From contig OX597842.1 of NCBI GenBank assembly GCA_951406725.2, forward strand, positions 29,946,001-30,010,000: a stretch of 64,000 nt of DNA. Direction: 5' to 3'. Within the stretch, counting starts at the first letter, position 1, and every line of letters begins with the position of its first letter. The position numbers and the translations under genes were made by a program. Source of the stretch: Octopus vulgaris (lineage: Eukaryota). A model generated the notes under the pieces. It was not told the origin of the DNA, searched no databases, and saw nothing but the letters and a program-made list of their open reading frames with translations. Shown piece by piece: positions 43,079-54,691 of the stretch.

Positions 43079-43577
43079 CTAGCAGTATCGCCCGGCGTTG
43101 CTCGGGTTTGTAAGGGAAATAACTATATAAACATTTTTAGAGAGTTATAGCCAAAAAATAGCAAAAGAATGCATTAAAAATGGAAAAAAAATTATGGTAA
43201 ATTTTTTTTTAAATCGTTGACTCATCGTAGACATTTTTAGAGAGTTACTCCCTTATATAATAGCGAAAAAATGCATTAAAATGGAAAAATATGATGGTAG
43301 ATTTTTTTTAAATCGTTGACTCATCGTAGACATTTTTAGAGAGTTACTTCCCTTATATAATAGTGAAAAAATGCATTAAAATGGAAAAAAAAATGATGGT
43401 AAATTTTGTTTTTAATCGTAGACTCATCGTAGACGCGAGCTAATACCCAGAAGGGCTCGATATGAATCACGACTATAAGATACCCAGTTTTGGTTAAACT
43501 GCACCGCAAAATGTGGGAGTAGTTAGGAATCTAAATCGTTGGAGACAGACACACAACTTCTCTTTTATATATAAAGA
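43079..43577 (-). mobile_element. Non-autonomous Helitron
   Basis: Same termini as 50712-51219 on the minus strand; internal segment of about 100 bp repeated three times. Confidence 0.85.
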
Positions 43578-43586
43578 TATATATAT

Positions 43587-43669
<83 letters not shown>

Positions 43670-44345
43670 GTATATATGTGAATACTTTTTAATTCATGAC
43701 CAACCAGAACTTGTACGATGTTAATAAAACCGTGTTTTAAATGTTCGCAAGGTCTTGTTAACTCATTTAACGCGCTGCCTCGGCAAACACGCGGCATACA
43801 ACAAATCTTTTAGTATATTCTTTTCTTTATCATAAGTTAAGGCGCCGAGAAAAATGTTTTGCGGCATTTCGTCCATCATTACTTTCTGTGTTCGAATTCA
43901 TCCTTTTGGGGTCAATAAATTAAGTACCAGTTGCGTACTGGGGTTGATCTAATCAATGGTGGGAGACAAACACAGACACACAAACACACACACACACCAT
44001 TTTACCCCTCTGCAAAAAGATCTCAAATTTTATTTGATTTGCTTTTCGCAGGAAGGAAAGTTTCTTATCGAAGATACGTCTCGCCTTCACCTTCGAAACG
44101 TAGAGTAGATGAAACCATGGCGACTGAAGAAGGGGTTTTTTCCTTGTGTTATTTGTCCTGTACTCTATTTTTTTGCTGTTTAAGAAAAATGTCCAGTTCC
44201 TTGTGTTTGCGTCTATGTTTTCGTTTCTCATTGTGTTCGACGTTTTTTTGGTGTCCTGTACTCATATATGCGTGTATATATACATGTAGAGGTAGGTACG
44301 TACATATATGTATATATATATATGTATATATGCATATGTTTTATT

Positions 44346-44419
<74 letters not shown>

Positions 44420-44421
<2 letters not shown>

Positions 44422-44556
44422 GATGGGCTTCTTTTACTTTCCGTCGACCAAATCCATTCACAAGGCTTTGGTCGGTCCGAGGCTATAGTAGAAGACACTT
44501 GCCCAAGGTGCCACGCAGTGGGACTGAACCCAGAAACTTGTGGCTGGGAAGCAAGC
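44420..44556 (-). mobile_element. SINE family A head
   Basis: Reverse-complement head module. Confidence 0.85.
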
Positions 44557-44800
44557 TTTATTTTTGATCTTCTGTATAAATAAATATATATCCTTTCTTT
44601 TGCAGCTTTTTCTTTACACGAAATCAGAAGATACATGGCAGAACCGTTATTTTAACGAGTTATATCTATTTATTACCTGAAGCGACATCTGCATAATCTG
44701 GTTCTTCTGAATAAGTTTTTAAGTATCCCACCCGTATTTAATGGGTCGAAACAATTGTCGTGATCAGTAAAAAGTTCTCGTACCTTCCATCTTCCATCTA

Positions 44801-44853
<53 letters not shown>

Positions 44854-44855
<2 letters not shown>

Positions 44856-45602
44856 GTAATTCCTCGAGTATAGTCCGCCCTTGAGTATAATACGCAGGGG
44901 ATTTTTAGGCGGCTGTACCTCTGAAAAACCTAAACCTTGTGTATAATACGCACCCCTTCTCTAACTTGAGTCAAGGGGGTCTATATAACGTCCTTGGTTT
45001 GTAAAAATGTATATTGTAACGTCCTTTATTATTATTGTATATATAACATGATGCAAACGTGTAGCTTTTTTGTGCATTTTGTTTGCAGAAAATAAAGAAA
45101 TAACAGTAATAACGTTTAATAAATGTTGCTTACTGCAAGTTTAGGGGGCTGTACCTCTGAAAAACATAAACCTTGTGTATAATACGCACCCCTTCTCTAA
45201 CTTGAGTCAAGGAGGTCTATATAACGTCCTCGGTTTGTAAAAAATGTATACGGTAACGTCCTTTATTATTATTGTATATATAACATAATGCAAACGTGTA
45301 GCTTTTTTGTGCATTTTGTTTGCAGAAAATAAAGAAATAACAGTAATAACGTTTAATAAATGTTGCTTACTGCAAGTTTTGGATGATTCTTTTATGACTT
45401 CATTGCTTTCAGGTTTAGCTTAAGGTATTTTCACGCCCGACATCACAAAATGCGTCTGAATAAACATTGCCGAACAGCAAATAGAGACTCGGACATTGCT
45501 TAGGAAATAATTTTCATTTTTAACCTCGTATATAGTACGCACAAGGGATTTTGACCGTTAAATTTTGCGAAAAAAATGTGGATTATACTCGAGGATTTGC
45601 GA
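44854..45602. mobile_element. Tc2/pogo-type MITE with internal duplication
   Basis: Same family as 17037-17553; an internal segment of about 235 bp is duplicated in tandem. Confidence 0.85.
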
Positions 45603-45646
45603 TATATATATAAAAATGTATGTATGCTTGTATGTATGAATACATA

Positions 45647-45831
45647 CGAGGAGGTACGGAAAGATTTCTGGCGTTAAGGGTATCGTTCTTTTTACAGGGC
45701 TTTGACAAACTGAAGGACAACTGCAATAAGTTTGTAAATCTGAGAAGGGAATATGTTGACTAAGATCATAAGTAACTGATCCTCTTGTATTTTCTTTTAG
45801 CCAAAGCTAAGAACTTTTTAGCACTCCCTCC
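45647..45831 (+). mobile_element. Internally deleted mariner (MITE-like)
   Basis: TA-flanked, CGAGGAGGT...CACTCCCTCC ends; internal GFDKLKDNCNKFVNLRREYVD* resembles a mariner transposase C-terminus. Confidence 0.65.
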
Positions 45832-45859
45832 TATACGTATGTATGTAACTTCTATGAAA

Positions 45860-46111
45860 AGTTTGATCTCCATGTGTCTAACACACGTGGACATGCCTAC
45901 AAAGTCAGAAAACAGAACAGCTCCCATGACTTTCGGAAACATTTTTTCACGCTCAGAGTTGCTGAAGCATGGAATAAACTGCCTGCGTCAGTTGTAGACT
46001 GCCATGACACTGCATGCTTTAAGGCCCTCATGCTTTCCGAAATCTGCCGAAACTACACCTGATTATATATACACTTTAGATGAGTTGTAGTGCACCTGAG
46101 CACTGTACACA

Positions 46112-46160
<49 letters not shown>
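45860..46160 (+). mobile_element. CR1/L2-clade LINE 3' fragment
   Basis: TRGHAYKVRKQ..RKHFFTLRVAEAWNKLPASVV..FK is the typical CR1 ORF2 C-terminus; followed by an (ATT)n tail. Confidence 0.85.
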
Positions 46161-46162
<2 letters not shown>

Positions 46163-46585
46163 GGCGCAGGAGTGGCTGTTTGGTAAGTAGCTTGCTAACC
46201 AACCACATGGTTCCGGGTTCAGTCCCACTGCGTGGCATCTTGGGCAAGTGTCTTCTGCTATAGCCCCGGGCCGACCAATGCCTTGTGAGTGGATTTGGTA
46301 GATGGAAACTGAAAGAAGCCTGTCGTATATATGTATATATATATAAGTGTGTGTTCCCCTGTGTTTGTTCCCCTAGCATTGCTTGACAACCGATGCTGGT
46401 GTGTTTACGTCCCCGTCACTTAGCGGTTCGGCAAAAGAGACCGATAGAATAAGTACTGGGCTTACAAAGAATAAGTCCCGGGTTCGATTTGCTCGACTAA
46501 AGGCGGTGCTCCAGCATGGCCGCAGTCAAATGACTGAAACAAATAAAAAGAGTAAAAAGAGAAAAAAGAGAGAAAAGAGAATAAA
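46161..46585 (+). mobile_element. SINE family A, full length
   Basis: Both modules; starts at the end of the (ATT)n tail of the CR1 fragment. Confidence 0.9.
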
Positions 46586-46686
46586 AGGTGATTCGTAAAC
46601 AAACTTATCAAGAAAATAACAGTTTTAAATCTAAAAGAGATGAAAGAAGGGAAAAAAAATAGAAAATAAGAAGACACAAATTAAAT

Positions 46687-46729
<43 letters not shown>

Positions 46730-46996
46730 CGCACATACACACACACACACGTCCGTATATATGCATATATGTGTGTGTGACTGTGTATGTATATATAGAC
46801 AAGGATAGATAGATTAAATAAATAATGTATGTATTTATATGCATATATATGCATACATACATACCCATATATACATGAGTGCATATATATATATATATAT
46901 AAACCGTAATTAAATAACTATAAAAAAAATCATGGATTGTTTGCGTAAACAGCGAATCTTTAGAGAAAACGTAGATATCTTACTGATTATAAGAAA

Positions 46997-47077
46997 CCGA
47001 GAGAAAGGCTAGAATAAAATGGCGTCTTGTCGTCTGCTTCTCTATCACAGACGCCATTGTATTCTTGTTGCTTTCGG
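46997..47077 (+). ncRNA. Candidate pre-miRNA hairpin with miR-2-family-like 3p arm
   Basis: 47011-47027 pairs with 47049-47065 (16 of 17), with further pairing inward and outward and a loop of about 10 nt. The 3' arm 47043-47064 reads UAUCACAGACGCCAUUGUAUUC. Confidence 0.35.
47021..47036 (+). promoter_or_regulatory. Mad/Medea/Schnurri-type BMP response element GRCGNC(N5)GTCTG
   Basis: GGCGTC-TTGTC-GTCTG is an exact match to the consensus. It lies in a unique island 14.5 kb downstream of noggin. Confidence 0.4.
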
Positions 47078-47475
47078 CTGCTGAATATATTTATTGATCG
47101 TCTGTTTGTGAGCAGACGATCGGACGGAGGGACGGACGGACGTAATAGTATCGCCTGTTGCATGCGTCGTGCATTTTGTGTAAATATAAAAATTATTAAA
47201 AAAAAAAAAAGGACAAATAGCGAATACACAAAAACGAAGCGGATAGGAACGGGAACGGCAACTTCACGATAGAACACGTTTGACCCCCCAAACCATTCCC
47301 CCCGTCGCCGCCGCCGAATTCATTCACCACCGCCACCGCCACCGCCACCAACGCCACCGCCACTCTTAGAAGATGGAAAATAGGGGAAGAAAATGAGTGG
47401 GAGGGAAGGCTGAGTGGGAGAGGATGTTGATGATGAACGATGAAGAGTGAGAGATAAAAGACGGTTATGGTGATG

Positions 47476-48795
47476 ATGAAGAAGAAGAAGAAGAAGAAGA
47501 AGAAGAAGAAGAAGAAGAAGAAGAAGAAGAAGAAGAAGAAGAAGAAGAGGAGGAGGAGGCAGAAGAAGAAGAAGAAGAAGAAGAAGAGGAGGCAGAAGAA
47601 AAAGAAGAAGAAGAGAAAGAAGAAGAAGAGAAAGAAGAAGAAGAAGAAGAGAAAGAAGAAGAAGAAGGAGAGGCAGAAGAAGAAGAAGAAGAAGAAGAGG
47701 AGGAGGCAGAAGAAGAAGAGGAAGGAGAGGAGGCAGAAGATGAAGAAGAAGAAGAGAAAGAAGAAGAAGAAGAGAAAGAAGAAGAAGAAGAAGAAGAGAA
47801 AGAAGAAGAAGAAGAAGAAGAAGAGGAGGCAGAAGAAAAAGAAGAAGAAGAGAAAGAAGAAGAAGAAGAGAAAGAAGAAGAAGAAGGAGAGGCAGAAGAA
47901 GAAGAAGAAGAAGAAGAGGAGGAGGCAGAAGAAGAAGAGGAAGGAGAGGAGGCAGAAGAAAAAGGAGAAGAAGAGAAAGAAGAAGAAGAAGAGAAAGAAG
48001 AAGAAGAAGAAGAAGAAGAAGAGGAGGCAGAAGAAAAAGAAGAAGAAGAGAAAGAAGAAGAAGAAGAAGAGAAAGAAGACGAAGAAGAAGAAGAAGAAGA
48101 AGAAGAAGAAGAAGAAGAAGAAAAAGAAGACGAAGAAGAAGAAGAAGAAGAAGAAGAAGAAGAAAAAGAAGAAGAAGAAGAAGACGAGGAAGAAGAAGAA
48201 GAAAAAGAAGAAGAAGAAGAAGACGAGGAAGAAGAAGAAGAAGAAGAAAAAGAAGAAGAAGAAAAAGAAGAAGAAGAAAAAGAAGAAGAAAAAGAAGAAG
48301 AAGAAAAAGAAGAAGACGAGGAAGAAGAAGAAGAAGAAAAAGATGAAGAAGAAGAAGAAGAAGAAGAAGAAGAAGAAGACGAGGAAGAAGAAGAAGAAGA
48401 AGAAAAAGAAGAAGAAGAAGAAGACGAGAAGAAGAAGAAGAAGAAGAAGAAGAAGAAGAAGAAGAAGAAGACGAGGAAGAAGAAGAAGAAAAAGAAAAAG
48501 AACAAGAAGAAGAAGAAGAAGAAGAAAAAGAAGAAGAAGAAAAAGAAGAAGACGAGGAAGAAGAAGAAGAAGAAGAAGAAAAAGAAAAAGAAGAAGAAGA
48601 AGAAGAAGAAGAAGAAGAAGAAGAAGAAAAAGAAGAAGACGAGGAAGAAGAAGAAGAAGAAGAAAAAGAAGAAGAAGAAGAAGAAGAAGAAGAAGAAGAA
48701 GAAGAAAAAGAAGAAGACGAGGAAGAAGAAGAAGAAGAAAAAGAAGAAGAAGAAGAAGAAGAAGAAGAAGAAGAAGAAGAAGAAGAAGAAGAAGA
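47476..48795. repeat. 1.3-kb (GAA)n-type polypurine tract
   Basis: Nearly pure purine strand with patterned GAG/GAC/GCA interruptions. Confidence 0.97.
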
Positions 48796-48906
48796 CGACG
48801 GTGACGATCATTAGGAAAGTGTTGGTCGTGGTGGCAATGGTGGTGATGATGAAGAGGAGGATGAAGAGGAAGATGGCGACGACGAAGTTGAAAGATAAAC
48901 TCGCGG

Positions 48907-48953
<47 letters not shown>

Positions 48954-49130
48954 CGCACATACACACACACACACGTCCGTATATATGCAGATATGTGTGT
49001 GTGACTGTGTATGTATATATAAACAAGGATAGATTGATAGATAGATAAATAAATAATGTATGTATTTATATGCATATATATGCATACATACATACCCATA
49101 TATACATGAGTGCATATATATATATATAAA

Positions 49131-49640
49131 CCGTAAATCCTCGAGTATAGTCCGCCCTTGAGTATAATACGCAGGGGATTTTTAGTGGGCTGTACCTCTG
49201 AAAAACCTAAACCTTGTGTATAATACGCACCCCTTCTCTAACTTGAGTCAAGGGGGTCTATATAACGTCCCTGGTTTGTAAAAATGTATACGGTAACGTC
49301 CTTTATTATTATTGTGTATATAACATAATGCAAACGTGTAGCTTTTTTGTGCATTTTGTTTGCAGAAAATAAAGAAATAACAGTAATAACGTTTAATAAA
49401 TGTTGCTTACTGCAAGTTATGGATGATTCTTTTATGACTTCATTGCTTTCAGGTTTAGCTTAAGGTATTTTCACGCCCGACATCACAAAATGCGTCTGAA
49501 TAAACATTGCCGGACAGCAAATAGAGACTCGGACATTGCTTAGAAAATATATTTCGTTTTTAACCTCGAATATAGTACGCACTAGGAATTTTGACCTTTA
49601 AATTTTGGGGAAAATGCGGATTATACTCGAGGATTTACGG
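49131..49640. mobile_element. Tc2/pogo-type MITE
   Basis: TIRs CCGTAAATCCTCGAGTATA...TATACTCGAGGATTTACGG. Confidence 0.88.
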
Positions 49641-49806
49641 TATATACACATATATACACACACACAGAATGTGTGTGTGTTTGTGTGTGTTTTAATATTC
49701 CGTTTAGGCACTGCAATACAGATAATCTAGTAGAGAACTTAATATCCGAATGCTTCGGAGCAAAGCGTTAGCCGGGTTTTCCCAAATAAACTGCACTTCA
49801 TGTTTG

Positions 49807-49888
49807 AGACTCTGACGAAGCTGTGATGTGTCACTCAGGCATTCAACTAAGAATCTACCGCATCCTATAGCGGAAACCGCCGTAAGCT
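49807..49888 (+). ncRNA. Hammerhead motif with extended stem II (degenerate)
   Basis: CTGACGA-A-GCTGTGATG...CATCCTATAGC-G-GAAA-C-CGCC-GTA-AGCT; stem I only partly paired. Confidence 0.55.
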
Positions 49889-49933
49889 ATTGATGGTCAT
49901 AATGAAGTTCCTATTCCTTTGTCATCTCCTTTT

Positions 49934-49975
<42 letters not shown>

Positions 49976-49979
49976 GCAG

Positions 49980-50567
49980 ACGCAGGAGTGGCTGTGTGGT
50001 AAGTAGCTTGTTTACCAACTACATGGTTCCGGGTTCAGTCCCACTGCGTGGCACCTTGGGCAAGTGTCTTCTGCTATAGCCTCGGGCATATATATATATG
50101 CGTGTGTGTGTTTGTGTGTCTGTGTTTGTCCCCCTAGCATTGCTTGACAACCGATGCTGGTGTGTTTATGTCCCCGTTACTTAGCGGTTCGGCAAAAGTG
50201 ACCGATAGAATAAGTACTGGGCTTACAAAAGAATAAGTCTAGTATATATATTCTCTTTTACTCTTTTACTTGTTTCAGTCATTTGACTGCGGCCATGCTG
50301 GAGCACCGCCTTTAGTCGAGCACATCGACCCCTGGGCTTATTCTCTGTAAGCCTAGTACTTATTCTATCGGTCTCTTTTGTCGAACCGCAAGGTAACGGG
50401 GACGTAAACACACCAGCATCGGTTGTCAAGCTATGTTGGGGATGGGTGGGTAAACAGACACACAAATATATACACATACATACACATATGTATTTATGTA
50501 CATATATACGACGGGCTTCTTTCAGTTTCCGTCTACCAAATCCACTCACAAGGCTTTGGTCGACCCA
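49980..50567. mobile_element. Tail-to-tail pair of SINE family A copies
   Basis: Plus copy 49980-50240, minus copy 50250-50567. Confidence 0.88.
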
Positions 50568-50711
50568 AATAATATATTTTATTATATTCATTTAGTACAG
50601 TAGAACTTCGGTTTACGAACGCCTCCGATAACGAATACATCGTGCTTATATATATTTATATCTATCTATCTCTCCCCCCTCTCTCTCAATATATTTATAT
50701 ATATATATATA

Positions 50712-51219
50712 TCTTTATATATAAAAGAGAAGTTGTGTGTCTGTCTCCTACGATTTAGATTCCTAACTACTCCCACATTTTGCAGTGCAGTTTAACCAAA
50801 TTCGGGTATCTTATAGTCGTGATTCATATCGAGCCCTTCTGGCTATTAGCGCGCGTCTACGATGAGTCTACGATTTTAAAAATAATTTAACATCATTTTT
50901 TATTCCATTTTAATGCATAATTTTTCGTGTGTCGATGGCGGCGGAGTTGGCTTCCATGGTCACACCTGCACCTGTGTTGCTTCTCCCCCTTCTTCCCTCC
51001 CTCGTGAAGCTGTGGGGAAGGGAGTGTAAGGAAATCAACGTCGTAAAGCGTTGTCAAGGAGACCAGCGTTCTCTTAGAACAACGACTTCATGGCTTGAAG
51101 ACACCAAAATAGAAATGGCTAAGAAAGCCCGAATTGGCATCTATAAGGGAAGTAACTCTAAAAATGCTTATATAGTTATTTCCCTTACAAATCCGAGCAA
51201 CGCCGGGCGATACTGCTAG
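50712..51219 (+). mobile_element. Non-autonomous Helitron
   Basis: 5' A|TC start, 3' hairpin CCGAGCAACGCCGG followed by CTAG|T; no TSD. Confidence 0.85.
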
Positions 51220-51450
51220 TATATATATATATAATCTGTATAAATGGTTCGCACGATAAAAACGTCTAAACGTTAAAACGAAAAATATCAAGATGTTAAG
51301 ATTAACTTATGTTCAAGGGGACATAATTTAGTAATTCTTTATTTTAACACAGTTGGAGTGTCTCTGCGGTTATCTCCCCTGTTAGATTCCAGCCTTGCGG
51401 TTCATTCTGGTATCGGTAAATGAGTATGTGTGTGTGTGTATATACACATA

Positions 51451-51501
<51 letters not shown>

Positions 51502-52259
51502 AGACACATGTGTAATTTATACACACACACACGCGTATACATACATGCATATTTATATATATTTGTGTTTATATACATATATTTCTTTATTGCCCACAAG
51601 CGGCTAAACATAGAGGGGACAGACAAAGGGATTCAGTCGATTACATTGACCCCAGTGCGAAACTGGTACTTTATTTATCGACCCCGAAAGGATGAAAGGC
51701 AGAATATACACATGCAACATTCTGGTAGACACGTTAGCACGCCGGGCGAAACGTTTAGCGCTATTTCGTCTGTCTTTATGTTCTGAGTTCAAATTTCCGC
51801 CGACGTCGACTTTGCCTCTCATCCTTTCGAGGTCGATAAATTAAGTAACTGTTGCGTACTGGGGTCGATCTAGTCGACAGGCATCCTCCTCTAAAAATTT
51901 CCGGTCTTGTGCGTAGAGTAGAACAGTATATATATATATATCAACATCATCATCATCGTTTAACGTCCACTTTCCCTGCTGGCATGGGTTGGACGATTTG
52001 ACTGAGGTCTGACGAACCAGATGGCTGCACCAGTCTCCAATCTGATCTGGCAGAGTTTCTACAGCTGGATGCCCTTCCTAACGCCAACCACTCCGAGAGT
52101 GTACTGGGTGCATATATATATATATATATACAAATTCAAAATTCAAAATGCGATAAAATAAAATTAATTATTATCGCTGGTGTTTCTAGCACAGGCCATA
52201 TATTAGCAGTATTTCAGGCCATATATTAGCAGGCCATATATATATATATATATATATAT

Positions 52260-52470
52260 AGTTAATCCAAACAAGAAAGCACAAAAAAACACAACAACGC
52301 GAGGACGTGGAACAAATATAGTATTTTTTAACGCTCAGGAAAGAAGGAAAGAAAGAGGGTATAACGTTTTGAGCGGAGCTCTTCGTCGGAAACATAGGAG
52401 AAGGAAAGATCCAAGGAAGGGAAGAGAAAAGAAAAAAAATTGCCAACGGTACACACAAGGTCACATTTTG
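52260..52470 (-). mobile_element. Second copy of the 20.7-kb hammerhead element
   Basis: Minus strand 52359-52393: GTTT-CCGACGA-A-GAGC-TCC-GCTC-AAAA-C-GTT-ATAC. Confidence 0.6.
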
Positions 52471-52653
52471 GCCTAAAAGTAGGTTCACAGTTATCATGTA
52501 GGTACTTTAAATTTTTTCTAAAACATTTTATTACATTTAAATTTCTATCTTACAGTTAAACTAAATTAGCATAGAATAAGGGTTTTATATGGGCTTTTTA
52601 TAATTAAAATCTACACTGTTAATATATGAATGTGAAAGAGATAGTTGATTAAC

Positions 52654-52700
52654 TGTAAACCTAGTTTCGGGCCACCCTGTGTGGGTGTCTTTTCAGAACA
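52654..52700 (-). ncRNA. Degenerate hammerhead motif
   Basis: Minus strand TGTT-CTGAAAA-GACACCC-ACACA-GGGTGGC-CC-GAAA-C-TAG-GTT-TACA; G8>A in the core. Confidence 0.4.
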
Positions 52701-52814
52701 TTGTCTGGTTTAAAAAGCCACATCAGATGCCATGATGGTTCTAAGGTGTAGGTACATGAGGGGGTCAAACTCTGCATAAGGAGTAGCCAACCACCATATA
52801 TATATATATATACT

Positions 52815-53216
52815 CTCTCTCTTTTTTACTCTTTTACTTGTTTCAGTCATTTGACTGTGGCCATGCTGGAGCACTGCCTTTAATCGAGCAACTCGACCCC
52901 GGTACTTATTCTTTGTAAGCCCAGTACTTATTCTATCGGTGTCTTTTGCCGAACTGCTAAGTAACGGGGACATAAACACACCAGCATCGGTTGTCAAGCA
53001 ATGCTAGGGGGACAAACCCAAACATACACACACACATATATATACATATATACGACGGGCTTCTTTCAGTTTCCATCTACCAAATCCACTCACAAGGCTT
53101 TGGTCGGCCCGAGGCTATAGTAGAAGACACTTGCCCAAGGTGCCACGCAGTGGGACTGAACCCGGAACCATGTGGTTGGTAAACAAGCTACTTACCACAC
53201 AGCCACTCCTACGCCT
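52815..53216 (-). mobile_element. SINE family A, full length
   Basis: Both modules on the minus strand. Confidence 0.9.
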
Positions 53217-53231
53217 ATATATATATATATA

Positions 53232-53464
53232 CTTTATTTGAAGCAGAGGAAAATTCAACAAAACCTGTTACTTTGAGTTTCATATTGCCGTTCGGCGGAC
53301 AGTTTTTGCTGATTCTAGCAAAAACTGTCCAACGAATGGCAACGTGAAACTCAGAGTAACAGGTTTTGTTGAATTTTCTGGTGCTTTAAATAAAGCATAT
53401 TACTCTACCACTGGTATTTGAGTACTCTTTTTTCCACCTTGTTTCACATTTATGTATTTACTCC

Positions 53465-53466
<2 letters not shown>
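53232..53466. mobile_element. Fold-back Penelope-like mini-element with hammerhead motif in each arm
   Basis: Inverted arms about 53233-53310 and 53317-53394, flanked by (TA)n. Hammerhead-like motifs at 53265-53302 (-) and 53325-53362 (+). Confidence 0.65.
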
Positions 53467-53505
<39 letters not shown>

Positions 53506-53567
53506 GCCATGATAGATCGTTAGCCACTATACACATTTTTTTCTCTTCTTGTTTCTTTTCTGTGTAT

Positions 53568-53603
53568 CTTTCTGTCGAAGAGCGTAGGCTCGAAACGTAA
53601 AAG
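53568..53603 (+). ncRNA. Minimal type I hammerhead motif (core variant)
   Basis: CTTT-CTGTCGA-A-GAGC-GTAG-GCTC-GAAA-C-GTA-AAAG; stems I and II pair perfectly; A6>U change in the core. Confidence 0.65.
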
Positions 53604-53697
53604 ACTTTTTCTATTTCTATTCCTGAGCGCCATACTAATACAATTGTTTGTTTGTACTCCACCTGCCTTCGTCTTTTGTTTATTTTCGTAAACTTTC

Positions 53698-53770
<73 letters not shown>

Positions 53771-53964
53771 GAAAGGTAGGATTATCATTGCAAGAATATT
53801 TTGGGTGATAGATTTGCTGGTTCAGAACTGGTTCGACCCAGGGCTAAACAACAACAAGAACAACAACAACACTAACAGCATCAATAACAACATAATTTAT
53901 ATCAAAAGTATGTATGTACGTGTATATGTATTTATGTATATGCATGTGTATGTATATATATATA

Positions 53965-54265
53965 TTTCGTTTTAGTGTTTGGTTTGCAAGATTCTTTATG
54001 TGAATTGGTGTGTTGAAGCATGTTTTGTCGCGTCTGGGGAGAGTTGTTCTCTTTTAGTGCCTTATTAACACACTCACCGGTTCAATTTCCATTCATTATT
54101 TCCTTCGAAAATTTCCATTGCTTCTTGCAACCTCTTCAATAGTTGTTGACAGAGTCAACAACTATTAGAAGAAAAATAATGAATGAGTAGAAATCGAATC
54201 GGTGAGTGTGTTAATTGATAAAGCATTAAAACAGAATGACATTCCCCAGACACAACAGCATATAT
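53965..54265. mobile_element. Degenerate fold-back element
   Basis: About 54020-54106 is inverted at about 54168-54260, with a central hairpin aatagttgttgac-aga-gtcaacaactatt. The minus strand has a decayed TTGAAGA-G-GTTGC..GCAAT-G-GAAA motif. Confidence 0.5.
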
Positions 54266-54332
54266 ATCCTTCTCTAGTATTCATATTTGTACTTTATATC
54301 TTCATTTTATACCTCTATAATTGTACTTTATA

Positions 54333-54461
54333 ATCTCTGACGAGGCCTTGCGATATATATATATAAGTAACTCATTTATAACCGCATATTACCTTAATAC
54401 ATCTGACTAATATGAGCATAATGAGATACTCTTATCTACATGGCTGAAACAGCTGTAAGAT
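54333..54461 (+). ncRNA. Minimal type I hammerhead ribozyme with long loop II (Penelope-like element)
   Basis: ATCT-CTGACGA-GGCC..(about 94 nt)..GGCT-GAAA-C-AGCT-GTA-AGAT: intact core, stem I ATCT/AGAT, short stem III with palindromic AGCT loop. Confidence 0.75.
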
Positions 54462-54642
54462 CCATTTTATATTTATATGTATTGTTCTTATGGTATTATC
54501 TTACTTATTGATGTGTACTGTTTTATTCTGTATTATTCTGTTTGATCTGGATGTTCCTAAATAATTAGTTAATAAATTATATTAATTGGTATTATCTGGA
54601 AGTTGATGATTGATTAAAATCTATTCCTCCATTTTCTTATTT

Positions 54643-54691
<49 letters not shown>

